DNA from: Okamejei kenojei
Lineage: Eukaryota
Length of the DNA stretch: 64,000 nucleotides
Direction of reading: 5' to 3'
Assembly (NCBI GenBank): GCA_035221665.1
Contig: CM069164.1
Location: 14,012,001-14,076,000, forward strand
Below, piece by piece: positions 36,005 to 48,885 of this stretch (position 1 is the stretch's first letter; each line of letters begins with the position of its first letter). The notes beneath the pieces were generated by a model. The model was given only the letters and a program-made list of their open reading frames with translations. It was not told where the DNA came from and searched no databases. The position numbers and the translations under genes are program-made.

Positions 36005-36764
36005 TTACTTGCATCTACACAATCGGTCTTTATGTGCTTGTTAACATGTTGGTAGCTTATTATTGCATATGGAGTTAGTTATTGTCCTTAGCATAAGTTT
36101 GTACAATCAGTTTATATAGTACTTTGGGCTTGGGTTTACTTTATTGAGCGCTTATCCTGGTGTTACAGCACAAATACTTTGTGTTCTGATTGTAATTTGA
36201 AGAAATTAAGCACAGAATTCTGATACTTCAGTGCACGACTGAGGGAGGGGCTGGGGTGTCTTATGACATCAATGAGTCCAACAGTGATGTTTGGACACCC
36301 CCTGCTCACCTTTCCCCTTACACCTTCCTTAGGTATCTCTCTTGGTAGCAGCAACTTGGGCCTACTTTTCTAGGCTATCCTCGAACAAGGTAATTTGGAA
36401 TGGTGACCACATTAACCTTCAAAGATGAAATATTTGTCTCGTGATAGCGTAACTTCTCCACAATATCTTTATAAACCCACCACAATACCTTTATTCTGAG
36501 CCAAGAGGCCCTAATGTCCAAGATTGCCCGTGATAGTGTTAGGTTGTAGAGAAGCAGGAACACCATGTGGTTCTACAGCCCAACTGGACGAACAGCTAGA
36601 GGAGCACGATAAACTGCACACCAGTTCAGGGAAACCACCCCCTCACTCTCCACACCCGCCCTTACCACAGACTGCCGTAACCACCCAACTATCTGCAGTC
36701 ATCTAACTGCAAAACAGAATGAACACTGAGCTGAGAAAGATATTAAGATAGTTTAACAGGAGTG

Positions 36765-37390
36765 AGAGAGGAAGGGATAGAGGTGGAAGGGGTGGGAGAG
36801 GGAAATGAGAGGGGGCAAGAGGGAAGAGAGAGGGGGAAGAGGGAAATGAGAGGGGGCAAGAGGGAAGAGAGAGAGGGGAAGAGGGAAGAGAGAGGGGGAA
36901 GAGGGAAGAGAGAGGGGGAAGAGGGAAGAGAGAGGGGGAAGAGGGAAGAGAGAGGGGGAAAGAGGGAAGAGAGAGGGGAAGAGGGAAGAGAGGGGAAAGA
37001 GGGAAGAGAGGGGGAAAGAGAGAGAGAGGGGGAAGAGGGAAGAGAGGGGAAAGAGGGAAGAGAGAGGGGAAGAGAGAGAGGGGAAGAGGGAAGAGAGAGG
37101 GGAAGAGAGGGAAAGGAAGAGAGAGGGGGAAGAGGGAAGAGAGAGGGGGAAGAGGGAAGAGAGGGGGGAAAGAGGGAAGAGAGGGAAGAGAGAGGGAAGA
37201 AGAGGGGAAGAGAGGGGGAAGAGAAGAGGGGGAAGAGGGAAGAGAGAGGGGAAGAAAGGGAAAGAGAGAGGGGAAGAGGGAAGAGAGAGGGAAGAGGGAG
37301 AGAGGGAAGAGAGAAAGAAAGAGAGAGAGAGGAGGAGAGTGAAGAAGAGGGGGAGATATGTGAAGAAGAGGAGAGGGGGAGGGAGAACTG
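36765..37390. repeat. Polypurine minisatellite with a ~20-bp unit (GAGGGAAGAGAGAGGGGGAA)
   Basis: Four exact units at 36881-36960 and variant units around them; about 500 bp of purines only. Confidence 0.95.
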
Positions 37391-38649
37391 AGGTGAAGAG
37401 GGAATAGGACACTGTGCTGATTTCGTCAGCTCCGGGTGACACATTTTGACATCCTCCACCCCATGGGGACTGTGGATGTTCAGACACCAAGCATATTAAA
37501 GACAGAGAAGGGGGGGTCTGATGGCCATCCATTCTCTCCAGCGATGCTGCCTGACCTGCTGAGGTACTCCAGCACTTTGTGTTATGCTCAGGATTCCAGC
37601 GCCTGCTGTTCGTTGTGCATCCGATAGATTTTTAGACATTGAGGGAATACAGGGATATGGAGTTAGTAATGGAACAAGGCACTGAGGTAGATGAACAGCC
37701 GCCATATTGAATGCCTGCAGCAGAATAAGCAGGCACAGTGGTGAGCTGCCTCACCGTGCCAGAGGCCTGGGTTCGATCTTGACCTCCAGTGCTGTCTGTG
37801 TGATTTGCACGCTCTCCCTGTGATCAAGTGGGTTTCCTCCGGGTGCTCCGGTTTCCTCCCACGGTTCTGGACTCCCCCAACATGGGGAACATTTTTCCTG
37901 CATCCAGCTTGTCCTGTCCCTTAAGAATGTTATATGTTTCTATAAGATGCCCTCTCATCCTGCTAAATTCCAGTGAATATAAGCCCAGTCGATCAATTTT
38001 TTTGGATCGATGGTTGGTGCGCTCTGTAAACCAAAGGGCCTGTTTCCATGCTGTATCTTTCAATCAATTAATAATAATAATAACAAATTAGCCTGGTTGG
38101 GTAGGATTTGGCCATTTGGATATTTCCCCAGTTTGCATTAAGTTGGTTTCTTTAGCCACACTGCCCCCTAATGTTCGACGTCGTGCTTGCGGTTCTGTGC
38201 CACATTGGCCTTTGGTTTTCTTTGTTTGTTTATATGTTTATTAATTATCTGCCTCTTGCTTTGTTTATTGGAATTAAATCAATTACTAAAATCCAGGCCA
38301 ATCCTGTGTGTGTGGGGGGGGGGGGGGGGGGGCAGGGTGGTTGTGAATAGAAAGAATGTGGAGATTTGTAAAGTTGTAAGCAGGCCACCAGAATAGGACA
38401 ACAGGCCTGGTGTGTGATGAGTGAACATGTTTAGACAGCAACTGTCACACCCTAGATTGCCAGGGAGGCGAGTAGAGGCAGAGAGTGCAAATAGATCGGA
38501 GTGTGTAGGGGTGGGACTGTGGGTGGTCTGTTATTTCTGTGGGTAAGCAAATAGCAATTCCCTCTCCCCCTTTGACTCTGCGATCATCTGCTCCAGAGTT
38601 CTCGCAGCAAACATGCTCCAGAGAATGCAACTCACACGAAGGCAAAGGA

Positions 38650-38845
38650 TACACACCAAATGCTGGAGTAACTCAGTAAATTCAAACTGGGTCTGGAAGG
38701 GTCTCGACCCTGAACGTTGCCCATCCCTTCTCTCCAGAGATGCTGCCCGTCCCGCTGAGTTACTCCAGCGTTTACCGAGTTCCTCCAGCATTTTATGTCC
38801 ATCTTTTGGGTTAAACCAGCATCGGCAGTTCCTTCCTTCGCACGA
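38650..38845. mobile_element. Rearranged Penelope-derived unit
   Basis: GCTGGAGTAACTCAG, then CTGGAAGGGTCTCGACCCTGAACGTT (degenerate hammerhead) and CTGAGTTACTCCAGC. Confidence 0.65.
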
Positions 38846-39721
38846 AGACAGTTCGGGATCTGCGGAGCCGTCACTAAACCTCCCTGTTACACCGTCGAAT
38901 CCTCGGGTATTATAATTGGAGCAACACCGACAACAGGATAAGATGAATACTGAGTGCAAAATGAGGCTTGCAAACAGATGGTTGCACCCGCATCGCAAGC
39001 TATTAGTGTGGAAGATGCTGCCAGTGTTGCTAATTCATGAAAATTTATGGCTGCAAAAATCTGTCAGTTTATGGCAGGTTTCTTTCCCCCAACCCGAGTC
39101 TCAGACAAACCACAAAGGGAGTTTTTTTTTTCTTTCTTTCTTTCTGACAGCAGACCAAGTGCTGAGAACACAGTTTCACTTCCCCCAAACTAGCCACTGA
39201 CTATCTTATCGCACCCACTGAAGCCAGTCATCAGACCCGACCCCTCCTCTCCCTCTCCGCTATCTCTACCCTACTCTCGTCCTGACCTCTGCTAATCTCT
39301 CAAACAGCCTGCTGCGACAAGCTGATATGAAATTTCTTCACAGGCCTTAAGCAATTTGTCCGGGCTTGTGTCAACTTTACTTCATTTTAAATCATCGGCT
39401 GACTCACTAACAAGCTCGTTGGCCTTGAGGTTGATTTAGAAACATTCTTTCTCTTCCCACTGCCCAGCCCAAGTTCAATTACTCACCACCTTCACTCATT
39501 CTTACAAGCACAATAAAGCAATTTTGTTGCTGTCCTACAAACTGGTCAGGACTCTACATTTTTCATTATTTCAAAAATAAACTTTCTTCAGAATTTTTTT
39601 TTTAAATATATATATATGTGTGTGTGTGGAAAAAGTTACCCCTCTATTAAATCTATATGAACCATATTCTTTATTTCAAAAATAAACTTATTCTTCCGAA
39701 TAAAAAACATATATACCTGCA

Positions 39722-39853
39722 NNNNNNNNNNNNNNNNNNNNNNNNNNNNNNNNNNNNNNNNNNNNNNNNNNNNNNNNNNNNNNNNNNNNNNNNNNNNNNN
39801 NNNNNNNNNNNNNNNNNNNNNNNNNNNNNNNNNNNNNNNNNNNNNNNNNNNNN
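39722..39853. other. Assembly gap
   Basis: Run of N. Confidence 1.
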
Positions 39854-39998
39854 TGTGTGCATGTATATATATTTTTTATTCTGAAGTCTATTTTGAAATA
39901 ATGAAAATGTAGAGTTCATATAGATTTAATAGGAACCAGAGGGGTAACTTTTTCCAGACAGGATGGTGGGTGTATGGAACGAGCTGCCGGTGAAGGTA

Positions 39999-40220
39999 CA
40001 GTGCCCTCCATAATGTTTGGGACCCTTCATTTATTTATTTGCCTCTGTACTCCACAATTTGAGATTTGTAATTGAAATAGATCACATGTGGTTAAAGTGC
40101 ACATTGTCAGATTTTATTAAAGGGTATTTTTATACATTTTGGTTTCACCATGTAGAAATTACAGCTGTGTTTATACATAGTTCGCCCCCCCCCCCCAATT
40201 TCAGGGCACCATAATGTTTG
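39999..40220 (+). mobile_element. Single Tc1-type IR/DR terminus inserted in a CR1 3' end
   Basis: TA followed by CAGTGCCCTCCATAATGTTTGGG, with an inner direct repeat CAGGGCACCATAATGTTTG at 40202-40220. Confidence 0.6.
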
Positions 40221-40765
40221 ATATGGGATATGGGCCAACACAGGCAGGTGGGACTAGTGTAGATGTTGGCCGGTGTGGGCAAGTTGGGCTCAAGGGCCTG
40301 TTTCCAAGCTGTATCACTCTTTGACTCTATGAAAACAAAAACTGTTGAAATTCTATTCAGACATTCTCAGTATCAGTAGACTACACGCCCTTACGTGGAT
40401 CTCTTCCCTTGTTTGAGGGGGTGGCCCCAACAGGCTCTGCCCCTCAATGTCCAGCAGTGGAAGGACTCTAGACTGCGGTCCTCCCCCACAGAGCCTTGGT
40501 GTTGCTGCACTAACATTCAGTGAGACCCCCAGCACATTCCCCTCCAGTCTGGAATGTGCCAGTCGGCAACAATCCCTGAATGACATATCTCTCTGCCGAG
40601 ACACCAACACGTTTCAGGCAGACCAAAGAGTGTCTTTCTCCGAGTTGGTCTTCCAGCCACACAATGTCCATCTGTAAGTGTGCTCTATATGTCTGACGCT
40701 TACCAAACACACCCTTACATCCATCACTCATATTAGTCTTGAACACGTCCTGTGGGAACAAGTTA

Positions 40766-40981
40766 CGGGCCAGTCCCACTTTCACGACCTAATTCACGAC
40801 CTTTTTTACTCGTGGGCATTTTTATCATGTTGAAAAAACGCCCCGACCTACTTGATGCCACGAGTACCTACGACTAGCATCACGACCTACCTACAACCTC
40901 GTGACGACCATGCTGCCAGTATGAGTCAAGGGCAAACTCAGCAGAGGTCGTGAATTAGGTTGTGAAAGTGGGACAAGCCCT
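40766..40981. mobile_element. PIF/Harbinger-type MITE
   Basis: TIRs GGGCCAGTCCCACTTTCACGACCTAATTCACGACCT / AGGTCGTGAATTAGGTTGTGAAAGTGGGACAAGCCC; TTA TSD (40763-40765, 40982-40984). Confidence 0.85.
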
Positions 40982-41384
40982 TTACACATTTTCATCACAA
41001 AATCTTCTTCTGAATTCCTTTTGAATTAATGACCATCTTGTGTTTACATCAACTGGCTTTGAACGCAAGCCACAGCTAATAGTCACTGCAGTTCTCAATC
41101 ACAGCCCAAGGACAGCAAAAGCTATGATTAATCTGGGAGAATGCTCTCTTTTTTAAAACGTTCATGCAGGAAATTTAATCAGCGCATTGTCAAACGCATC
41201 TTCTGCCCCGAGTGAAATTGAGCTTCTTCTCGGAACTTCTCTACTCTGGCTGTCGACACCCAGCGTCACCATAGCCACGGAGATGCTGTGGATCGTGATC
41301 CATCATCAGCGCAACTTTACCTGTTCATCCGTGCTTTCACATCCCTCCATCATCTTCCCCCCCTCCCCCTCCTACTCCTCTGCT

Positions 41385-41668
41385 TCAGAATAAGGGGTCG
41401 GCCATTTAGGACTGAGACGAGGAAACACTTTTTCACCCAGTGTTGTGAATCTGTGGAATTAACTGCCACAGAAGGCAGTGGAGGCCAAATCACTGGATGT
41501 TTTCAAGAGGGAGTTAGATTTAACTCTTAGGCCTAATGGAATCAAGGGGTATGGGGAGAAAGCAGGAATGGGGCACTGATTTTGGATGATCAGCCATGAT
41601 CATATTGAATGGCAGTGCAGCTCAAAGGGCCAAATGGCCGACTCCTGCACCTATTTTCTGTGTTTCTA
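41385..41668 (+). mobile_element. CR1 (HER1-like) LINE 3' end
   Basis: RIRGRPFRTETRKHFFTQ plus the conserved 3' UTR. Confidence 0.88.
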
Positions 41669-41916
41669 ACCTCTTCGACTCTCTCTGCTAGGGAGAATCA
41701 GCTTTTTGCCAAACGTTTGGCAACATGCACCATACTCAAAACGTTAAACACTTTCCCGCAATGCCACTTCGAGGGGAGGAACATCCTGGAGATGGCTGGC
41801 TGCTGAATCAACAAAATTGAAAGTCAGACAAAAACACCAAGTGCTGGAGTAACTCAGCGGGCCAGGCAGCATCTCTGGAGAACATGGATAGGTTGAAGTA
41901 TGAAGAAGGGTCTCGA

Positions 41917-42370
41917 TGCCTCTACTTCCCGAGAAGATTACGGAGATTCGGGACTTCGAGATTCCCTTCAACTTCTACAGGTGCACAGTAGAGAGAACAT
42001 TGACTGGTCGATTCATGGCCTGGCTCGGCAACGTGAACGCCCAGGAGAGGAAAAGACTGCAAAACGTTGAGAACGCTGCCCAGTCCATCGCCGGCTCTGA
42101 CCTCCCCACCATCGAAGGGATTTATCGGAGTTGCTGCCTCAAAAAGGCAGCCAGCATCATCAGAGACCCACACCATCCTGGCCGCACACTCATTTCACCC
42201 CTGCCATCGGGAAGAAGGTACAGGTACAGGAGCGTGTGCGTGTGTGTGGTACATTCACTTTTTTTCTCTCTCGTTTATCATATTGTTTACAGTGAACCAT
42301 GTTTAAATATTCTGTTGTGCTGCAGCAAGTAACAATGTCATTGTTCTATCTGGGACACATGACAATAAAA
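41917..42370 (+). mobile_element. Rex1/Babar 3' fragment inside a Penelope-derived unit
   Basis: NFYRCTVERTLTG..AWLGN..ERKRLQ..IIRDPHHPG..LPSGRRY; tail ACATGACAATAAA. Confidence 0.88.
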
Positions 42371-43338
42371 CATAGATGCTGCCTGACCCGCTGAGTTACT
42401 CCAGAATTAGTGACGAACATGGTCAGGACCCATCTTCAGATAATAGTCATCATCAGCTCGTGGCTCCTGCTTCTCCTACCATAGCATATTGCAAAGTGTC
42501 CATTGGCTGTGAATAACTCGGGATATAGCGAGGTCATACAAATCCTCAGCACAATCCGTACGGAAAAGGATCACTCTATTGTCAACACCACTTCAAAACC
42601 ACCAGGATGTTTTTAATGCAAGGTGCGGTCCAAGTGAAACAGTCGGCATTTCACCACCAATTTTGCTAATGGAATCGGAACCAGACATCCTACGGGACCT
42701 CCACCAGGCATGTTGGCAGAAGCAGCTCACACAACGGCCAAAGAAAAGTTCCACACAGCCCCAAACTGAAGCCAAGATCCTTTCCACCCTGTGAAAACGC
42801 TTCTGACCCGTCTATCCTACCTCTGCCCCTCATAACTTGAGATACTTCTACCAGATCTATCTTAACCTCCGGCATTCCAGAGAACACAATCCAAGTTTGT
42901 CCAACGTCTCCTTGTTGATAATATTCCCTGATCCTGGCATCATTCTGGTAAACCTCCTTTAATAGGGCGGCCACAGTACTTCAAATGCGGCCTAACCAAA
43001 GTCTCATACAGCTGCATCATGACTCAATAAACCACATCATTTCTCATATTTTTTTATAACATAGAAGGAGTAGGTAATTGGGCCCATCAACTTTATGCTT
43101 TCTCTCAGAAAAACCCCATTGAGACCATTCGTCCATCCATTTCCGGGATGCCCTTCTCTTTCCCATGCCCGTCATCATTCTGCCAATTCTCCTGCAACCA
43201 ACCTACACTTGGGTGAGTTTACAGCAGCCAGTTAACCTACCTGTCTGTCTTTAGGATGTGGGAGCAAACCAGTGCACCCGGGGGAAACTAATGCGGTCAC
43301 AGGGAGAAGTATAGCTGCACACAGACTGTACTAGAGGT

Positions 43339-43474
43339 CAGGCCCTCCCATTGATGAACAGAGGCCTAGGCCAATTTCAATTTTCGAGGCCCTCAAATCA
43401 AGATCCCTTTGCAGCAGACAGGCATGAGGCCCATGCCAAATGGCACTCGCAGCCCCACCCTCTGATCGGGCCTG
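43339..43474. mobile_element. 136-bp hAT MITE inserted in an HE1-like SINE
   Basis: CAGGCCC / GGGCCTG ends; 8-bp TSD CTAGAGGT / CCAGAGGT; the subterminus resembles the right end of the 22896-25408 hAT. Confidence 0.8.
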
Positions 43475-44558
43475 CCAGAGGTCAAGATTGAACCCTGGGC
43501 ACTGGAGCTGTGAGGCAGCAGCTTGACCCACTGCACCACCTTTGTGAATCATGAAACAGCCAAATAACCTTACACAGTTCTACAGGAACGCATTCCTACA
43601 TCAGAGATGATAGTTTAGTTTAGAGATATAGCATAGAAACAGGCCCTTCGATTCCACACCGACCATCGATCACTATGACCGCGTGGATTTGCTGCGGGTT
43701 TCCTCCCACATCCCATAAATGTGCAGGTTTGTAGGTTAATCGGCCTCTGTAGATGGCCCCCAGTGTGTAAGGGGTGGATGAGAAAGTGGGACAACATAGA
43801 ATTGGTGATTTATAGTCAGCTCGTGCTGGATGGGCCAAAGGGCCTGTTCTCACGCTGTGTCTTTCTATCAAGATCACATCCATGATCCTTCCCACATCAC
43901 ACCCAGCCCTCGCTGCCGCTCTGCCCTGCCTCCAACCACAGCGGCTGTTTAATTGGCCTCGTGAATGATGGAAATGAGGAAGGAGATATTAACGCCTGAA
44001 GAAAACAAAATGTTTTCAAAATACGAATAAAAATAAATCAGTTTTAAATATAAATGGTAATTAGCTCTCTTATCAACCTGCTCGTCTTCGAGAGTGCAAC
44101 CCCATCTGTTCATTACATCGCTCACAGCAACAGTGCAGTCAGTTTTTGAAGGAAATGGTGGGTGGGAACCAAGTTAATCGAATTCAGAAAGACATTTATC
44201 TTCAGGTTATTTGTGTCTTTCTTTTTAATCTGTCGCAATCACAGTTTTAAAAAAAATCATTTCCTATGATATGGAAATCAGAAGGCAAGGCAGCCTTCTA
44301 AACCTCGGTAAACAGGGAGGCCATTCCTCGATTTCCTCCTGACCCCACTTTGTTTCACATCCCCCTTCAAGGATGGGAGTTGCCCGGCCGGTTCAGCGGT
44401 GTATCCTGAACACAATTGGTTCCTCAATGAGTGCCACTACAAAAAAAAATAGAAAATTATTTTAAAAACTAGATGCTAGAAAACGGATTTAAAAACCGAA
44501 AAATGCTGAAAGCACTCAGTAGGTCTGTGAGACCCAGAACAACTCTGCTTCTCTTGCT

Positions 44559-44730
44559 GTGTACGAAGGAACTGCAGATGCTGGTTTAAATTAAAGGTAG
44601 ACACAAAACGCTGGCGTAACTCAGCAGGACAGGCAGCTTCTCTGGAGAGAAGGAATGGGAGACGTTTCGGGTCGAGACCCTTCTCTCCGCCTGTCCCTCT
44701 GAGTTACTCCAGCGTTTTGTGTCTACCTTC
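44559..44730. mobile_element. Fold-back Penelope-derived unit
   Basis: AAGGTAGACACAAAACGCTGG.GTAACTCAG is inverted to CTGAGTTACTCCAGCGTTTTGTGTCTACCTT; the junction lies next to GACGTTTCGGGTCGAGACCCTTCT. Confidence 0.75.
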
Positions 44731-45019
44731 CGCATCTCTCGACATCGATGCAGCTTGTATTTCCAGCATTTTCTGTGTTTACTTGGCTAAAGGGAACGCA
44801 GATTATCCAATCGGTGTTGGCAAGAGTTAAACGATGCACAACTTAAGTGGTGACTAACTTCAGAACATAACGGGCAAGGCAATGAAAGGCCTTGATGAGT
44901 GTGCAACACTTCCCAGATTTACTACCACACTAAATTCCCCAAACTGTGTGAAGCCGTAACTCATCAGCCCTGGCCTCTGCATTGCTGACACAGTAACACG
45001 GCAACATCATCTCCACTCC

Positions 45020-45192
45020 AGCAAAACACAAACTCTGCAGAAACTCAACGGCTCAGGCAGCATCTTGAGATGCAAAGTGACAGATGCCGTTTCAGGTCGA
45101 GACGGATTCCCTCCTGTCCATTCCCTCCACAGATGCTGCCTGACCCGCTGAGTTCCTCCAGCAGGTTGTTTCATGCTGAAGATTCCAGCCTC
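45020..45192. mobile_element. Older fold-back Penelope-derived unit
   Basis: AACTCAACGGCTCAGGCAGCATCT is inverted to AGATGCTGCCTGACCCGCTGAGTT; centre CGTTTCAGGTCGAGACG. Confidence 0.65.
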
Positions 45193-47054
45193 CAAAATAT
45201 TGACCTTGTCACCTCATCTGCAGTTAGATTTAGACGGGTCATCTGGACTCTTAAGTGTCTTTAAAGAAGAGAGAACTGCTACATCAGTCCACTAACACAG
45301 ATATAAATTCTCCTGGGTCGTAAACCCCATCTATCAAACCATGAGTCACTGTTGCAGCAAAACCCACAAGTGTTTGGCAGGTCAGGAGTAGAATTCGTAA
45401 GTATTTTGGAAACCACAATTAAACTGGTTTCAATGTGAAACAATTCACGGAGGCTTGACATATTGAAGGGTGGGGACGTGTGGGAGGAAGAATTTCCCAT
45501 CATTAAAAACAAATTTGAAGGGATTTCAATTTCCCACAGTTCCAAAAAGCAAGTCACTTGGTCAGGCCGCTGATAGTGAAGTAGCTGTGCAGCCAGAGTT
45601 AACAATCTTTTTTTAAACCGCTTTCAATGAGAAGGCTTCCATTAACAATTAAGTGTTATGCCTGGACTCTGCGGAGTCATCCTCCCAGCACAGAGCTCAG
45701 GGAACTCAGAGCAGTTTTAAAAATCCATTTTGGCATTTCTTCAGTTTATAATCTGGCTATTTCTCAGATTCGACACCAAACTGCAGTTTCATAAGTGAAA
45801 GGAGTAGAATTAGGCCGTTCGGCCCATCAGGTCTACTCCACCTTTCAATCACGGCTGATCTGTCTTTCCCTCTCAACCCCATCCTCCTGCCTTTTCTCCA
45901 TAACCCCGGACACCCGTACTAATGAATCTCAGGTGGATGTAAACTCGGCCATTGCTTCATCTAAGCAAGAGGGTTTCCCTCGTAAAACCCAAAGAGCTGG
46001 AGTAACTCAGCAGGTCAGGCAGCATCTCTGGGGGACATGGATAGGTGAACTTTTAGATCAGGACCCTTCTTCCGACTCTTGTCTTTTTGCGGAAGGAGAT
46101 AGAAACGGGCTGTACAGAGTTAGGGAACGTCAGGTTCAAGGTTGTGGAGGGTTCCCCCGGTATTCTCCCTAGAGGAGATTCTCATTCAGGAGCGAGCTGC
46201 ATGTCCTATGTATGGCACAATCACTTCTAGATTTCTGCTCTCTTTTTGACCATCCGTCAGACCACAGTCTGACTGCTGGGGTTTCGAAGACGTCTGGCGA
46301 TTCTACAGAAATATGCTCCAGCTTAATGAGCCAATCATTCTCCAATTAATAGCGAGGCAGGCAATCTGTGAGAACGTCTCAAACCAGTTACATTTCCTGT
46401 GAATCATTTGACGTCTCTTTAATAGAACTGCCTCCTGGTCTGTTAACTGGATGGGAGCGATTGGGTGAAATGATGACTGTGTTCCAGCTAATCTGAATTG
46501 TGGTGTTAATCGAGGGTCGTGATGGAGAGGTATTACTAATATCCACCAGCAGCAACCACAAGACACTCCTTGGATGATTGCACAAGGGTGCCTGACTCCA
46601 ACTCATCAAACCGCAGATCCTCCCAGAGCACAGACCTGGCTCCACTGCGTGACGTGACCCATCACCGCTCGCCTCCACTCTCACTCACTAGCATCAACAC
46701 CTGGTCTGCCACGCGCCAGCGTTTAAGACAGACGCAACTTTGCAACATTTGTCGGTGCCGACACTCGTGTACTGCTGAGGCTGTTTGCAAAAACAAAGCA
46801 TTTCACTGTAACCAGGCACATGTGACAATAAAGTGTCATTCACTCATTCAAGTGGTGGAGTAACTCAGCGGGTCACGCAGCATCTCTGGAGAGAACGGAC
46901 GGGTGTGGACCCTTCTTCAGGCCGTTTAAGACGTTTAAGGTTTGCTTTCAAATCCATCCATCCATGGTCACAACCATCCCCATCTCTGCTTGCAGCTCTG
47001 CAGCCCACCAGACAACGGCACCAGTACAATTCAGGCCTCCTGATCACGGCCAGT

Positions 47055-48035
47055 TAGAAACATTTAGGTGCAGGAGTAGGCCATTCAGCCCTTCGAGCCT
47101 GCACCGCCATTCAATATGATCATAGGCTGATCATCCAACTCAGTATCCCGTACCTGCCTTCTCTCCATACCCTCTGATCCCTTAGCCACAAGGGCCACAT
47201 CCAACTCACTCTTAAATATAGCCAATGAACTGGCCTCAACTACCCTCTGTGGCAGAGAATTCCAGAGACTCACCACTCTCTGTGTGAAAAAAGTCTTTCT
47301 CATCTCGGTCTTAAAGGATTTCCCCATATCCTTAAGCTGTGACCCCTTGTCCTGGACTTCCCCAACATCCAATCTTCCTGCATCTAGCCTGTCCAACCCC
47401 TTAAGAATTTTGTAAGTTTCTATAAGATCCCCTCTCAATCTCCTAAATTCCAGATATAAACCGAGTCTATCCAGTCCTTTCTTCAAACAGTCCTGACGGA
47501 ATCAGTCTGGTGAACCTTCTCTGCACTCCCTCTATGGCAATAATGTCCTTCCTCAGATTGGGGAGACCTGTACGCAATACTCCAGGTGTGGTCTCACCTA
47601 GACCCTGTACAACTGAAGTAGAACCTCCCTGCTCCTGTACTCAAATCATGAAAGCTAACATACATTCGCACTGCCTGCTGCACCTGCATGCCTACTTTCA
47701 ATGACTGGTGTACCATGACACCCAGGTCTCGCTGCATCTCCCCTTTTCCTAATCGGCCACCATTTAAATAATAGTCTGCTTTCCTGTTTTTGCCACCAAA
47801 GTGGATAACCTCACATTTTATCCCACATTATACTGCATCTTCCCACTCACCCAGCCTATCCAAGTCGCAGTCTCCTAGCATCCTCCTCACAGCGACACTG
47901 CCCCCAGCTTAGAGTGTCATCCGCAAACTTGGAGATATTGCCTTCAATTCCCTCATCCAGATCATAATTTATATTGTTAAATAGCTGGGGTCCCTGCAGC
48001 CCTGCGGTATACCCCCACTAGTTACTGCCGGTGCC
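47055..48035 (-). mobile_element. CR1 (HER1-like) LINE, about 1 kb of the 3' end, frameshifted
   Basis: LDRLGLYLEFRRLRGDLIETYKILKGLDRLDAG..FFTQRVVSLWNSLP; upstream ISKFADD on the minus strand. Confidence 0.92.
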
Positions 48036-48396
48036 ATCCCGTTTTCTCCTACTCCTACTCCTACAGTTGTAATCGACCATCCATTGGCGGTCCTGTGACC
48101 CAGGCTACGACCTCTCAACATCCCTCTCTGAAGCAGTTCTCTCCTTCTCTCTCCTTCTTCCTCAAGACACACTTCTCTGGCCAGACTTCGGATAACCGGC
48201 AACATCTCATTACAACCACACTTGGTTTGATCATCTTCGCTGCAAATCCACTCGAGTCTTGAACTCTGGAACGTCAAACCCGCGTCTCTCCGCACCAATG
48301 CTGCACATCCTGCTGACTATTTCCACAATTCTCAATTTCACGTCAGGTTTTGTTCAGCTGCCTTTCCCGACCTCAGATTATTGTGTATTTTCCAGT

Positions 48397-48885
48397 CATA
48401 GAAACATAGAAATTAGTTGCAGGAGTAGGCCATTCGGCCCTTCGATCCAGCACCACCATTCAATATGATCATGGCTAATCATCAAAAATCAGTACCTTGT
48501 TCCTGCTTTTTCCCCAAACCCTTAATTCCGTTAGCCCTAAGAGCTAAATCTAACTCTCTCTTGAAAACATCCAATGAAATGTCCCCCACTGCCTTCTGTG
48601 ACAGAGAATTCCACAGATTCACAACTCCTCTGGGTGAAAATGTTTTTCCTCATCTCAGTCCTAAATGGCCTATCCCTTAATCTTAAACTGTGACCCCTGG
48701 TTCTGGACTCCCCCAACATCGGGGAACATTTTTCCTGCATCTAGCCTGTCCACTTCCTTAAGAATGTTATACGTTTCGATAAGATATCCTCTCATCCTTT
48801 TAAATTCCAGTGAATACAAGCCCAGATGACCCATTCTTTCATCATGTCAGTCCTGCCATTAATCTGGTGAACCTACGCTGCACTC
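48397..48885 (-). mobile_element. CR1 (HER1-like) LINE 3' end
   Basis: PMLGESRTRGHSLRLRDRPFRTEMRKNIFTQR plus the tail. Confidence 0.9.

Noticed and set aside
36743-37532. ORFs of 209-259 aa rich in E/R/G or S/L/P
   Set aside because: A purine-only minisatellite lacks stop codons by composition.
40434-40680. Possible exon ending at GTAAGT with an open frame
   Set aside because: The acceptor is weak, the peptide is unrecognisable and no partner exons are evident.
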